Source: Chlorokybus atmophyticus
Taxonomy: Eukaryota; Plantae; Mesostigma and Chlorokybus algae
NCBI GenBank assembly: GCA_009103225.1
Contig: RHPI01000797.1
Location: 433,064-497,063, forward strand
DNA: 64,000 bases
Direction of reading: 5' to 3'
Shown here: piece by piece, positions 15,899 through 31,870 of the stretch
How positions within the stretch are numbered: position 1 is the stretch's first letter
Layout: each line of letters begins with the position of its first letter
The notes under the pieces: model-generated
What the model was told of the DNA's origin: nothing
Database searches by the model: none
What the model saw: the letters and a program-made list of their open reading frames with translations, nothing else
Made by a program: the position numbers and the translations under genes

Positions 15899-16289
15899 AA
15901 ATGCAAGTGTGCGTTCACTTGTGTGAATTTGATATCCAACCCTATAGCATCAGTGTCACTCATCTCGCTCGTTGAATGTATCCCGGAATTGTTACATTTT
16001 GGGTTGATTGCTGAAATTGCACTGCAGGACTGCCACATCCGCATGGCAATGCTTTAGCAATCAGCGCATGCATAGTGCATGGGCTGCAACAGCGGTCAGT
16101 GCATGCACATTGATTACACACAGCAGCATGAGCAGCACATAATGGCATGATTGTGATTGCAGGACAGTACATGAGCAGGCAGCAGAATGTGACGACACAC
16201 ATGCGGGCGGTTGTAACTGCTCCCCACACTTGCTTACCCCTGCAACTTACCTCACTTACCTGTTTGTCGTAGCTGTGGCTGCTTGCATC

Positions 16290-17870
16290 CGCTTGTGTAC
16301 CAGCTTAAACGGATATATTGGTATGTCCCATCATACACCATCCCACGCTGGCGCCACCCCCACCTCCGCAACTTTTCCACCACTGCAGGCTTTGCATACC
16401 CTTCACATCGCATAGCCAACAACAGCGTGATCATAGCCAACACACAATGCGAACTGACGTGCATAACCTCAAAAAACGGATGCACTGGGATACCACCACC
16501 CCAAGCTTTGCGGACTTGGAAATATCTGTGGCTGGGTGAGGTGCCCTTCTGCGCGGGATACTGGCAAACTGACTAGCATCAAGCTAAAGATACACACGTG
16601 AGCATACTCCAACATCTGGCGTCTGAAATAGCGTTATATCCAAGAAGTCGACGCTTGTCCCCACCGCAGACTGTGTAAGTGTTAGTGTGCATTGTGTGTA
16701 CAGCCCTCCACCTAGTGCATGCTCTGATGTGTACATGACATCCTCAAAGTTGGCAATATTGAAAATAACACTCAGAGGTATGTGGATGACAGGCTGTCAT
16801 CCACATACCTCAATACCAATGAACAACACTGGCGCCGCTTGTCCATGTGGCTTAGCGATTTAGGGTTTCGTATAAAAGTTAGTTTCTTTGAGCCTAGATA
16901 AAAATTAGCCAAGTACACCCCAGCATTATTGCCCATGGGAATACCAATGCGATGTTTATGCAGCAGGTCTCCTGCAGTGCTTACATACAGTGTATCTAAC
17001 ATAAATGCTGGCTCATCGGAGGCAGTCAAAAACTTGGTGGTTTTACCACTGCGCTGCCCTGCACGCTGAGGTACCCATTGGTGTTGCACATTGCCATGTA
17101 CACATGGTATGACATGGTTGCTCCCTTGTGCAGCGTGCCAGCAAATGCAAACAATTCCGCCATCAACTTGAAGGTGGTCATGCAAGCTAGCCTAGCCTGC
17201 ACATAGTCACACTGACTTGCTGAGCAGGTCAGTGTGACTATGTTTGTGTACAAGTTGTTAAAATCTTATGATGCCATGCAAACTGGAAGCAGCTTATCTA
17301 TACTGGAGCGTGTTGTATTCCGCGCGCTATGCAGCATCTGTTGCACTCATAATGAATCTTATAGCACCCAGCTCTGCGTTATCCCATCCACTGAAACATT
17401 GCTGGTCCACAATTGATAAGATACTAGCAGCAAGACTTTATATGCTCGCGTTAGCAGATGCTTATAGATGATGTTGAGGTACTGCATGCAACAGCAATAC
17501 AACGCGGGGCAGGTAGAGTGTCGTGCCAACACCTGTTCTCTCAGTTCTTGCACTCGTTGGTAAGTCTCAGTTTGTAACTTCGCATCCAGCAAAGACATGT
17601 AGTATTGTTTGCAAAGTATAGCAAATACACCACTGCATGTCCACCTCAGTTAATACAAACTTTGGTTGAACCCATCTTGCAACGCTCTCACCAAATGAAG
17701 GTCAAAAGCTGTGTAAGTGGGGGCAGCAATGCTGATGGTTGTGGCCAAGTCGGGATTGAGCGTTAGATTGCACACACGTTGTATGAGGTGGTCTGTACTT
17801 CGTGCCTGCACTGCACTTGGCCAAGGCCGAAGGCGAGGGTCACTTGGCCGAGGGTCATGGCAGTTCAAAT
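16290..17870 (-). mobile_element. Decayed Penelope-like retroelement RT (Naiad/Chlamys-type signature)
   Basis: Collinear motifs with stops and frameshifts: AILCKQYYMSLL..TETY, PALY, WVL*DS, S*DFNNLYTNI, GIPMGNNAGVYLANFYL (16932-16945), LRYVDD (16796-16807), VDFLDITL, PHPATDIS..LGVVVSQCIRFLRLC, GYAK. Confidence 0.85.
17201..17243. repeat. 43-nt near-perfect palindrome inside the PLE RT
   Basis: ACATAGTCACACTGAC-ttgctgagcag-GTCAGTGTGACTATGT, with 16-bp perfect arms and a nearly self-complementary centre. Confidence 0.95.
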
Positions 17871-18547
17871 TTTTCGGTTCAACGACTGTTCAATGTCGAT
17901 TACAAAGTTGCTAATGCATAGAAAATGCATTATACGGGCACGAGTTATACAATACACCCATGTGCATAACGGCTGCATATGCAATAACATTGCAATGGCT
18001 CAATAGCGGTAGCATAAAAACAAGCAGTAACACAAACCATTGACCCAGTCGTAGCACTGTGCAAGTGAGCGTTATTGACAGGCTGGCAGCAGCAAGCAAC
18101 AAGAGAGCAAGGAACAACAGCAGCAAAGCACAAGTAATTTGCATAGCCCCGCAATTCATGGATTGGCAGCAATAGCAGCAATAGATGGTACTCCGGGCTC
18201 ACCTTGACATCTAGCATACTAACTCTTATACACAAGCGCTGAAGTGAGCAAGTTGCCTTGGGGCAATTGGACACTCTAGCCGACACCAGCCTTTTATGCC
18301 ACGCGCGTTAGGGTTATGGTTTCATTTCAGCTCACAATAATGTATCACTTAGCACAGCCCATCAGTGCACAGAATACAGGAGATGCAACATTCATGTGGG
18401 TGGGAGGTGTTATATACCAACACCCTCAATGTTGGGAGGTTGCATGTGCCTTATGTGCCGCAAATATAGACTTGCAAAGTGCCTAACCCTGAAAAAGTGT
18501 AACTTCTCCCTCACTTGTGTGACATGCGCAAGGCATGAACAAGGCCC

Positions 18548-18577
18548 CTTGTTCAGCAGCTGCAGCTGCTGAACAAG
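18548..18577. repeat. 30-bp perfect palindrome
   Basis: CTTGTTCAGCAGCTGCAGCTGCTGAACAAG equals its own reverse complement. Confidence 0.97.
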
Positions 18578-19096
18578 TGACCACTCACATTGTTGATATC
18601 TCCATATGCAGGCGTTTGTTCACAGCACCGTCACTCACTGGCACCACGCTCTGCCATGCATAGCAGAAACAGGCGCACTCACCATTGCATACTCGCACAG
18701 TCACCGACACACGGGTGCTGGCGTCATTGACATTGTTGGTATGCGCAAGCTTAGCTACATCCGTGTTGCAGAGAGTGTGGATTTGTGTGCTGCTTGTGCT
18801 TCAGAATAATCCAAGAGGAGAGCCACAGGGCAATTGACATGGCTGCGGCCGTCAAGGCCATCTCAAGGTGTATGTCACTTTCTGGCCAGCTGTGGCGACG
18901 GTTAGGTACATGAGACAGCGATACCAGGTACTTGCACTGTTGCTGCACACTTGATTTGCCCTTCACCCGAAATGTGCGCTGCGCTAGTCGCATAGCGCCT
19001 CGCTTATGCGATGGCATGTCCTGTGCTCTGTGAGCAAGTGCAGGAAATCTACCGGATACTCAGGATGCCTTGATGGCGGTGGTGAGGGTTACTCTC

Positions 19097-22253
<3,157 letters not shown>

Positions 22254-22944
22254 GCCGCACCCTTACAGCGGCTTCAGGCAACCAAGCTGCAGTGCTGCAA
22301 CGAGCTCGCACAGCAATAGCGTGACAGCTTTCCCTGCCTTAGCAGCACTCCACCGCCGCCCACGCCGCTGCCAACCTCAACAACAACGCCGATAAGCACG
22401 CAGCAGACAGCAGCCAGTGTAGGCGCCAAACAGCCCTGCTCAGCACTGCTGACACTTGCCACGGCCGTAACGCGGACTACGTCACTCGACGCTACTTTCG
22501 TCCAATCCTGACTTCGTCACGCGTGATGTAGCAGCAAAAGTGCATCATGTCGTCACGCTGTCACGCGACAACTGCCGTCACCGGATTACGCCGCCCGCTG
22601 ATGTCGGATCTGACGGATCCTCGAACAAGCAGGTCTAGAGTGCCACCTGGATCTAGGACCTAGAGGAAGAAGCCTTGCAAAAGGTGTCAAAACGGGGTTT
22701 CACCCGTTTCCATGTAAGCACTGCGGCGTACAGGCAAAACGGGGAGTAGAACTGGCTTCGGCTTGCCGCGATGCTATATCACCGTTATGCATGTCTGTGC
22801 CGCCGCTTACGGGAGAGTGCAAAATTAGGGCTCATTTGCGGCGGTGGCGTTGCGGGCATAGCTGAGGGCATGAGCGTCGTTGGGGGTGGTGGCGTCGGCT
22901 TCGAGGGGGGCATTCGGCATTGTTGCTAGGGTGTCGGCGTCGGG

Positions 22945-23583
22945 ATGCCTGCTGCTGGCGAAGGTGCGACGTGTCCCTTGAGGGTGCGCTTGGCGTTTGA
23001 TGACGTAGGTCTCAGCGAAGCGTTCCTGGCTCAAGGCAAGCACCGCTGCTGGTACTTGCTGCCCTCTGCTGTGAAGACCGTAAAGCAGCTGGCGGATCGT
23101 CTCGTTCAGGACTTCGGGCTTGCAACTTCGTCGGGGCAAGGCTTGATTCTGCAGGTGCGTGTGCTGAATTGCGTACAGCTGCGCATGCCGGGCCATGCAC
23201 CTCGGTTGGCTGGCCTGTTGCTCGTGCTTGCAAATCTTCGAGCGTTATCGTCGGGATTTGTGGTGCATGCATGAAGCCACTGCATGCAGAGCATTCGGCT
23301 CACTGCATGTCAATGGCTGTGTCAAGTGATGTTAGCACAGCCACTGTTTGCTGTCTGTGTCTCCTTGACTGAGACAACGGCATGCCCTGATAGTCGACGT
23401 GAAACAGTCGCAGCTGCCTGTAAAAATATTGGCCCAAGGTCGTGTGGTTGCTGCGTGCAGGTGGAAGGTTACACCTTGCTGCACACGCTTGCCATTGGGG
23501 TGGTTCGTGATGGTGACACCATCATGTAGGCAGCGCTCTTTTAACCGTTGTCAGCTGTGCTGGCTTTGCTGCGATTGTGTAAC

Positions 23584-23626
<43 letters not shown>

Positions 23627-26554
23627 TGTCGTAGAGTGAAACGGAGGTACGCTCACACCATTGACAACGGCCATGAGGCCGTGTTGGCCATTGAGGCTAC
23701 GCCCCAGTTGCAGCTTGAAGATGGTGAACTAGCAAAGCCGAGGTATGGCTGTCAAGCACTTACAAGGCGTCTGGGTTGCTGCTGTCCACGCATTTGGAGC
23801 TGGACAAGACTGGTTGATGCCATGCGTTTGTGCTGCGTATTGTTTTCGGGAACTGAAAGAAACAAAATGCGTTCCCAGCAAGAAGAAGAAGCGTAAGCAT
23901 GCAAATGCTGAAGAGGTGCCACAAAACGCGGAGGTAGTGATGGGGGATCCCACGTCCAAGAACAAAAAGAAGCATAAGAAGAGTAAGCAGTTGGTGGATG
24001 CAGAGACTGCTGATGCAGCTGAGCTGCCACGGAGCAAAAAGCGCAAGCACAAATCGGATCATGACGTCATTGAAAAACATGTCAGTGCTCCAAGCCATGA
24101 GGAGCCTGCTGAGAACGGCAGGTATCTCCAGAAATGCTGCATCTTCAGTAGCACTATCCTGCAGCTCGAGCGCAAACTGGCAGGTGTTTTTCTGTGGGCA
24201 CATTCACAAGCCTTTTTGGTAATCATGTGCCATATTGCACGTACCCCATAGCTTGCAATGTACTTATAGAGCACGAAAGGCTGTCAGCGCAAAGAAAGTA
24301 GCCAAAGTGAAGGATGTCCAGGAACCGTTGTTATCAGTGCCAGAGCGGTTTGATTCAGACCATAATGTGTCTCCCGCATCTGAGCGCTTGGATGGCTTGC
24401 AAAGTGAGGATGATGCCCATCCAGGATCAGATAGCCAGCATCCCTCCAAGGTGCCCACAGATGTTTGTTGGTAAACGACAAATTGCTGCTTTACGGAGAT
24501 GAGACGTGGAGTGCAGAATTTTGCTGACTGCGGCTGTCCTGTTGCATCAGACTGGCCCGAGTCGCAGTGCAAGGCGCAAAGCCTTCAAGCGCAGGCGCAA
24601 ACGTGAGGAAAAGGCAGCTGTAGAAGCAGTGGAGCTCCCGGCAGTGTCTAGACCTACCCAAGAGAATGCGCAGCCTTTAACTCCTGTCCAGCCAGCTCAG
24701 CAAGTGCACACAGTAAGCTACGCACACGTAGTCGGTTGCATGTGAACATTATGCAGGTCCTGCTTGTGATTATGGTTGACATCAGGCTGTATTGTCTTCA
24801 AGCATCAGCACATCAACATCGTCGCAAACACACAGTGCAAATCTTGGTCGTCGTACACTGACTGCGCACATAGTAAAGAATTTGCGCATGGTGTATGCCA
24901 ACAGATACCGAGATTGCCTTCGAGTCTTCTCAGTTTCAGGCCTCGCATTGTTCAACTGGGAAAGCGTCCTGCTGGTTAGGTTGTGTGCTAGCAGGTGCGC
25001 TGCTGTTGAACACTTGAGCCATTCTATTGAGTCTGGGATATGCATGCCACATGTCACCATGCTGTCACCCTGTGGTTGTTGTGGTATCACCAACAAAGGT
25101 GTGTGCAGGGACAGACACCTCGCACTCAACACATGCCCGGTGCCCAAGATGTCAGTGGCAGCAGAATCTTCAAGAAAGGCCAAGGAGGACATGTGCGATT
25201 CCAGTCAGACTCCGGTATGGGCACATGATTGCGAAGGCGGTCCATTAGTTGCACAGGCACCAGAGCACACTGTGGATGCGTGTGCTGCAAGTACTTGTGG
25301 CATATTGTAGTTGACATTGACGCATACTAGAGGAAGAAGACCAGGCAGCACTGGCTGCTGTACATGACGCTGTCGAACCAGAGGTTGCCCCGAGCGCAGC
25401 AGCCACTGCTGTGGACGCAGCTCCCCCCATCAGCGTGGACGGTATGCCGCTACTGGCCACTCAACCACAGGTCCATTGCCATCAGTTCTGCTCAGGTTTT
25501 GGCTTTAGGCCATCAGGGCATCAATGTACGGCTTCCTAGTGCTCATGTGCCTTGTGCTTGTGCAGGATGGGGATGCTATTGTTTTCAAATACTTAGAGCT
25601 AACCTCCGCGTGGAATCCTGAGTTGTCTGATTTCAAGGTGTGTCGGTTGTTTCATGCCAAGGTTGCGTTGTTGCCATGCCTTGAATTGCGTGTAAACGGT
25701 TCCATGTATGCAGGAAGCAACTGTACTCCAGTATGATGCGTCAACAAATCAAGTCTCATTAAGGCTACGCATAGAGTACGACGGACAAAATTCTCGGGAA
25801 AACGAAGTTGAGGATGCATACCAGACTCAGCCATCAGTTTCGGGGTTGCTGTCTGTGGAAGAAGATGGCAGCTGGAAGGTACTTGCATGGTTGACTGAAG
25901 GCAGCCTCATGGTTTTACAATGGTTGTGCATGACTGACATGCGTTGTATGTATGACTGCGTAGATGGACTATGGCTCCCTGTTGGAGGTGCACTTGAAAC
26001 ACGGCACTTCAGAAGGACGGTCCCCAATGCCGACACCATTAGCAACGTCATGCCCTACATTTACAACTGCTCCCGGTGGAGAAGCCTCACAAGCAACAAC
26101 GCAGGACACAGCGGTTGTCCCTCTCAGCCAGACCGCACCTACTGCTGCGGCGCCTGCAGCCTCTGCAGCTGTATCAGAGCCCATTGCCACAACCATGCAA
26201 GCTAAGGCACCGCTGACTGTATCATCAGCCACAACACGATCAGAGCAGCTAAGCCTAACTGCGGACCCGTGGAAACATTTTGAGATGCTCGCATCGCAGC
26301 TGCAGCAGCGGCGGATGGAGCTGGCGGCCAAGTCTGGGAGTAGTAGCAGTGACGTGGTTGGGCAGCAACCCCACACGACAGCTACACAGGTGTCAACGAC
26401 AACTGTCACGCAAGGCGACGGCACTCAACAAGCGCAGGCGCCCTTGCCGGCAGCAGCTGGCATTGGCAGAAGCGCAGTTCGACAGAGTGGGATGAGAGCT
26501 GGGGCAGTTGGGCCGCTGTTAACAATGCTGCGTGCGCAACAAGAGCTGAGCTGA
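22945..26554 (+). CDS. COIL: Coilin (plant-type Cajal body protein)
   Basis: N-terminal VRLAF...RCWYLL...TVKQLADRLVQDFGL...GLILQ|VEGYTLL, a Lys-rich middle, PSRSARRKAFKR, and a C-terminal Tudor-like GDAIVFKYLELTSAWNPELSDFK|EATVLQYD. Confidence 0.85.
23588..23625. repeat. (GT)n microsatellite in a coilin intron
   Basis: About 19 GT units, read directly. Confidence 0.95.
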
Positions 26555-27346
26555 GCAGCAAGGCAGTGCAGCTGTCCATGTTATCACAGTAGTCCTTTGC
26601 AAGAGAGTGTATTTTGTCTAGTGCCATGCTTGCCTTGTAAGCACCTCGTTGATTGGTTGAAGATATGCGGATCACATTGCACCTTCTTCCACATGACGTA
26701 ATATCCCTATGAACGGTGTACAAAGTATGCGATGAGGGGTGTACCCTAGCCAGTAGAGCTCTGCCACTAGGCAAAAGTGTTGCATTGCGCAAGGTGCTGT
26801 AGTTGTTCTGGCCATAGCAAGCAATATTTCTTGCACACAAGCGCTTGTATACAGACAAACTCCCCCATGCAATTGTCCCAACCAGTCTGTCTGTCCATGC
26901 CTACCTGATGACAGCAAATGGCAGCAGCAATAACATAATGATGGTTGTTGCTAACAATGCCCAAATTGTTTTATGATGTATCTCCCACTTAGACTGAATT
27001 TGACGTTCTGCATCACTATCACCTCAGACAACTTACAGTACACAACCCCGCATTGCATACTCTGTTGTGAGTATGCTTGGTGCATGAAAACTACCGGAAA
27101 GCCCATACTCTGTACACCCTTGCAATAGGAGACTTGTGTTGATCTTGCAAGAAGGGCGTCGTTCTACTTGCAAAGGTAACCCTAATCGCCGGCAGCGTGG
27201 CTGCGGCGGCGGTGGTGGCGGCCGAGCCGTTGTTCTCTTGCTGACGCTTGCGTGCGGCGGTCGCGTGGGATCTCTGTTCGGACGAGGGCGGAAGGGAGTG
27301 CCAAGCGGACGGACCCGCTTGTTCGCCTGCCAAATCTAGCAAAGCG

Positions 27347-29165
27347 ATGGCGAAGCGCGAGCTCAGCGGTCGCATTGCCGGCCTAAGGTTTATGCAGCGG
27401 GCCAAAGAAAAAGAGGTCAGACTAACCCTATTATCATTATCCCGGCTGTGTGCTGACTTTTCGCCGCCATGCCGGCGACCCTTGTGTGCTTGTTTTATCG
27501 TCCCTTAGTTGTTTCTGCGTTCTCTTGGTTGGTAGCAGTAACTTGGCATTGGTTTGTAAGGTTGTGTACTTTTTGGTCTTGACCAGGTTGAGTGTGCCGC
27601 TTCCATCGGTGCTGATTGCTCAAGCTTGCTAGTGTGTATTGCATACGTGAATGGTCAGGGCGTGCGTGCGTGTGTGCAATTCTCATGCGGTTATGCACGT
27701 TCATACGGCTGTTTACTTCCAAGTAGTGGTGAATGTCGTACAACTTGCATATTTGTGACATTGCGTGCAGCAACGGGAGACAGAGCAAGTCATGGAAGTG
27801 CAGCGTGCTGAGGAGAATTTTTGGGTGAATGATTCCGCCACAGTAGGACGCTGGTAGGTGTTCCATTTGCAGCATCTTCATCTTACTACACCTGTGCTTG
27901 ACGGCACATTTGCATGATGGAATGCATGCACCAATGCAGCCCCTCCTGTTCAGTACAGTTATCGCAGAAGGGGACCCGCCTCCTGACATGACCGTAGGAC
28001 GGTTGTCCTTTGGCAATTTCAACCCCACCATTGAGGTAAGCAAGCTGCATACGGTCAACATTAATGTCATATGCACGTGTGTATATGTACGCAACATGTG
28101 TACTTGGCCACTTTCGTAGTAGTTTAGAGTAGTTAATATGTTGCAAACATATATTCTTACCCAAACATTTCTCTGGTAAATTAACTTTTGAGTACAACTA
28201 ACATCATTGCACATATACCGTGTGCATGCATGCATACTGAACACTAAAGTAGTGTGATACGCACAGATGTGCTCAACTTCTGTGGTACGTTGTTTTATTG
28301 TGCTTGGTCACCATTATTAAAGAATATCATTATACACACATGTGCGCGTATTTACAACATGTAATTCAATACTTTTGTGGTGTCACATGTGTATGGTATA
28401 CATACACATGTGTATTACCACTTGTGGCATGCACTGTCACCAGCAGACGTTTTATTAGTCACCAATTGGCGTGCATCCGGTGACATGTGTGTGTATATTT
28501 CTTCTCACTGCAACAACCGGTCTGCTTTTCCAGAAACTGGCCGAAGAGAGGCTACTTGAGGAGCGCCGGCAGCGCGCGGCACAGGCGTCCGCGGCTGGAG
28601 ACAGAGTAGACGTCACTGACGAAGAGATGGCACAAAGGCAAGGATGGCTTTGTTGCATGTGTGCATGTGCATCTTGGCAGCTTCGTATGTATGCGTTCGT
28701 GACGTTTACATGTCTACACGTGTATGCTGACGCACCATGCGCGCACCACGAGCTGCATAGCTTACACAATCTCAAGGAAGTAGTTTGTATATGCGGCATA
28801 GACACTTGTTCACACATAGCATATTGTAGTATATAGATTTGTCTAGGGATGCGTGTTATGTATTGGTACAATTCAGGTATCGACAAGCGAAGAGCGGAGA
28901 TGGCGCAGCGACTGGTCACGTAAAGAAAGAGCCGTCCGATGCATCGACTCCAGCTGGCAAGGCAGTGGACAACTCTTCAGCAGAAGCTGCTAGCGCTCAG
29001 GCGGATGCTGGCGAAGACTCTGCGTCGCAGCAGGCCAAGCGGCCAAATGTCAACACCAACGGCGTGGTTGATACACAACAGCAGCAGAAGAGGAGGAAGG
29101 TCAGTGTCAATGAGCTGCGGGCCATAGCACGGGCTGGTAGAGCGAAGCGTGAGAAACAGAAGTAG
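27347..29165 (+). CDS. MPP6: M-phase phosphoprotein 6 (nuclear exosome cofactor) homolog
   Basis: MAKRELSGRIAGLRFMQRA and GRLSFGNFNPTIE|KLAEE are the two MPP6 signature segments. Basic C-terminus ends at 29165. Confidence 0.85.
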
Positions 29166-30375
29166 CATGTGGTTTTGTTGTGTGCGCCTTTGTCCTCCTG
29201 TTCAAGCAATCAACTTCCTTCTGCTACCCATGCGCACTCTTGTGAGAAAACAAACCTCGATGTGTGCAGTACGTACCTGTTAGTTTGTAAGAAAGACCAA
29301 CTCGCCATGATGCAAACATAGGCAGTGGGGTAGGAAGGCATTGTATTGCTAGCTGAACAGCCGTGCTGTGTACATACAGGTCTGCCATTATCAGTGGCTG
29401 TTGTGCTGCACTTGTGGTGTGCCTCCCCAACCTCCTATTGCCAATAAGCCATATCGGTGTCATGGCAAACTGTCCTTAAGGCCAATTTGGCTGCAGTTTG
29501 GGCCAATAGTGTTGCCGCTGTTGCTTGTTGATGGCACTGTCGTTTTGTGTACCGTGTGAATTATGAGTGGTGGCGCTGCCCATGACTGCCTGTGGGTTTT
29601 GGCATCCGCGGCAGCCAATGCAAGGTGTAAACATTGCGAGGCGTCGTGTACACACACACACAGTGAATTGCTGCAGCTGCTCCTGCTGCTCCCTAGTCGC
29701 TGCGCGTGTGCAAGTCTCTCTCGCTCTCTCTCTCTCTCTGGATCAATTAGCTTTAACTGACCAATGTCTCTGATGAAAAGCTTGAATGCAGCTGGTTAAC
29801 TCTGATGTATTTATACTAAAACACAATAACATAAAGAATGTGTTCTATGTGAGTTGTTAATATGCAATTGGAGGAGAAAGTGCTGTTACCACATTCTAAG
29901 AAGCAATTGTAGTAGGTAGGTTTGCAAGTCATGGTAATAACATTGCTTGCTATTGTGCTTGTTACCACCTTCTAAAAACGTACAAACCGTTCGCCAAGGG
30001 ATGCAAACAACTACAAATTGTTTCACTTGGCTCCATTACATATCTCATGCATCGGATACTACCATGCCAACATGTGACTATCTGCTTCGCCACTTGAACG
30101 CGCCATTCATGATTATATGCGCAAGGTGTGGACTCAAACTAGCTTGAATAACTTTTGCAGCATAACAGACCGCTTTCATAGAATATCTATGACCGCGTTG
30201 TTCCCTTGTTGAAACAAGCAGCGTAGGCCAAACACCGTTGAATAAGCGCGTGCACGCATGCACGCCTATAGCAACATGCACTACATCGCGTTGCACGACA
30301 AGTCTAGTTGACGCACTCTTATGCTTGACCTTAATGACGAATGTCTCGTCAAATTCGTTCCTGGCCTGTTGCAGT

Positions 30376-31070
30376 GGATGACTTCAAAGTGATGCACGTA
30401 CACACGCGCACACACATACACCTACATACTGGCGCACACGCGCGCACACACACGCGCGCGTGCACGTTTGCGCATGTGCGTGCATGCACACAGGCATATG
30501 CGCGAGTGCGCATGCGCATGCATGCAGGCACATACACACAGACGCTCACGTATACACACTTACGTACATACACTCTCGCGTTTGCGAGTGAGTGCGCACA
30601 CGAGCATGCACACTTCGACGCAATTGCAGTGCAATATCGCAATTGTTGCACAGGCTTTGTTGCTTTGCTTCTCTTACCGTACAGTAGGCGGGCTTGGAGC
30701 TGCCTCTGTGCGCTACTATGCGCCCCGCCATACTGCTTCAGCGGATTACCGGTCGTGTGCACGAGCATCGTCAGATATCGTCACGCAACTGTGCCTGTAT
30801 GTATGAGTGCGCAGGTGCACATGCTCGCAAACACACGCGCAACTGTCCGTCCGTGCGTGGGTGCATGTGCGTGCGCTTGTGTCTCTATCTTGGTGTGTGC
30901 CCGCGTGCATGGGCGAAACTCGTTCTCATGCAGGCTTTGGCACATAAACGCGAAATTTGGCAAGGCAACGGTTGTCGCGATCAACCACACAGCTTTGCCT
31001 AGCACAGACTTGCACAACCTCTCTATTCTTGTGCGTGCATGCGTGCATGCACGCGGGCGCGGGCGCGGGT
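30376..31070. repeat. Degenerate alternating purine-pyrimidine (CA/TG/CG/TA) tract
   Basis: Long GCAC/GCGC/ACAC/GCAT mosaic. Similar tracts fill introns at about 35560-35880, 43100-44060, 44790-45000, 57480-57570 and 63540-63610. Confidence 0.8.
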
Positions 31071-31373
31071 GTATGGCCGCAGGACTTGCGTCCTTTCGCA
31101 GATTTTGGCATTAGGCCAACAACTTGCATGGCAAAGGTTGTAGCATTCAGCTAGACCCGCACAGCTTCTTCAAGAATGCAAACCCACAACTGTCTCGTTA
31201 TTTCCCCCTAACTCACCGGGCGAGGCCGTGACGTACTCAGCGTGCATGTTGAACGACGGCACCGTAGTCAGCGCCGCTAACCGCTGCCACCAGCCCCTGG
31301 CGTACCCTGGCAGCAGTCGCGGCGCAGCGCAGCGCCGTCCGCCGCCACGCACGCAGGCGTCGACACCGACGCC

Positions 31374-31655
31374 ATGCATCTAGGGAACAGGGCTACCGCA
31401 TACCATACCGAGGCGGATGCGGTCACCGGCTTCCTGCGCTTCGCTCTCTCCGCTTTGAAAGGCAAACGGCTATTGCCCTTGTGGCTGGTGGCGCTGGCGT
31501 TGCTGGTGGCGTGGTTGCTGCTGCGCTGGCATGTGCGCTCAGACAGAGGGGTTTGCTGGAAATCAGCGCTGCAGCAGCTTCAGCTCGTATGTTGGGGTGG
31601 GTTCAGAGAGCAGCAAACAGGCAAGCTCGCTGGTAGCTTCACAATGCAATGCTGA
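31374..31655 (+). CDS. Possible small membrane protein, or an upstream exon of the Smr gene
   Basis: ATG-initiated 93-aa ORF with one hydrophobic stretch (LLPLWLVALALLVAWLLL). No family recognised. Confidence 0.25.
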   Translation: MHLGNRATAYHTEADAVTGFLRFALSALKGKRLLPLWLVALALLVAWLLLRWHVRSDRGVCWKSALQQLQLVCWGGFREQQTGKLAGSFTMQC

Positions 31656-31870
31656 TCCACAGAGATCAGGCAGGTGGCTGAACGTAGATCCACCGCTGTT
31701 GCTCAGTGCTGCTTGTGAAGTTGCCCATCCGGACATGGATGCATCACTGCTGCCTACAGTACACTGCAGCTAATGGTTGGCTGGACTAGACCAGACTAGG
31801 CCAGCATCTTGCGGCTAGTTCAGTTCAGGTCTGCTGCCTGGGATAGATTAGGCGAGAACAGGCCAGCCTG

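Noticed and set aside
16200-18600. Hammerhead ribozyme or GIY-YIG domain flanking the PLE
   Set aside because: No CTGATGA...GAAA core on either strand and no GIY/YIG motif found by eye.
22560-22830. Possible snoRNA/scaRNA between HXK and coilin
   Set aside because: Only partial C/D-like words and no terminal stem; consistent with an ordinary divergent promoter.
30341-31129. 257-aa and overlapping His/Thr/Ala/Cys-rich ORFs
   Set aside because: Artefacts of the RY-alternating tract, with no splice structure or domain.
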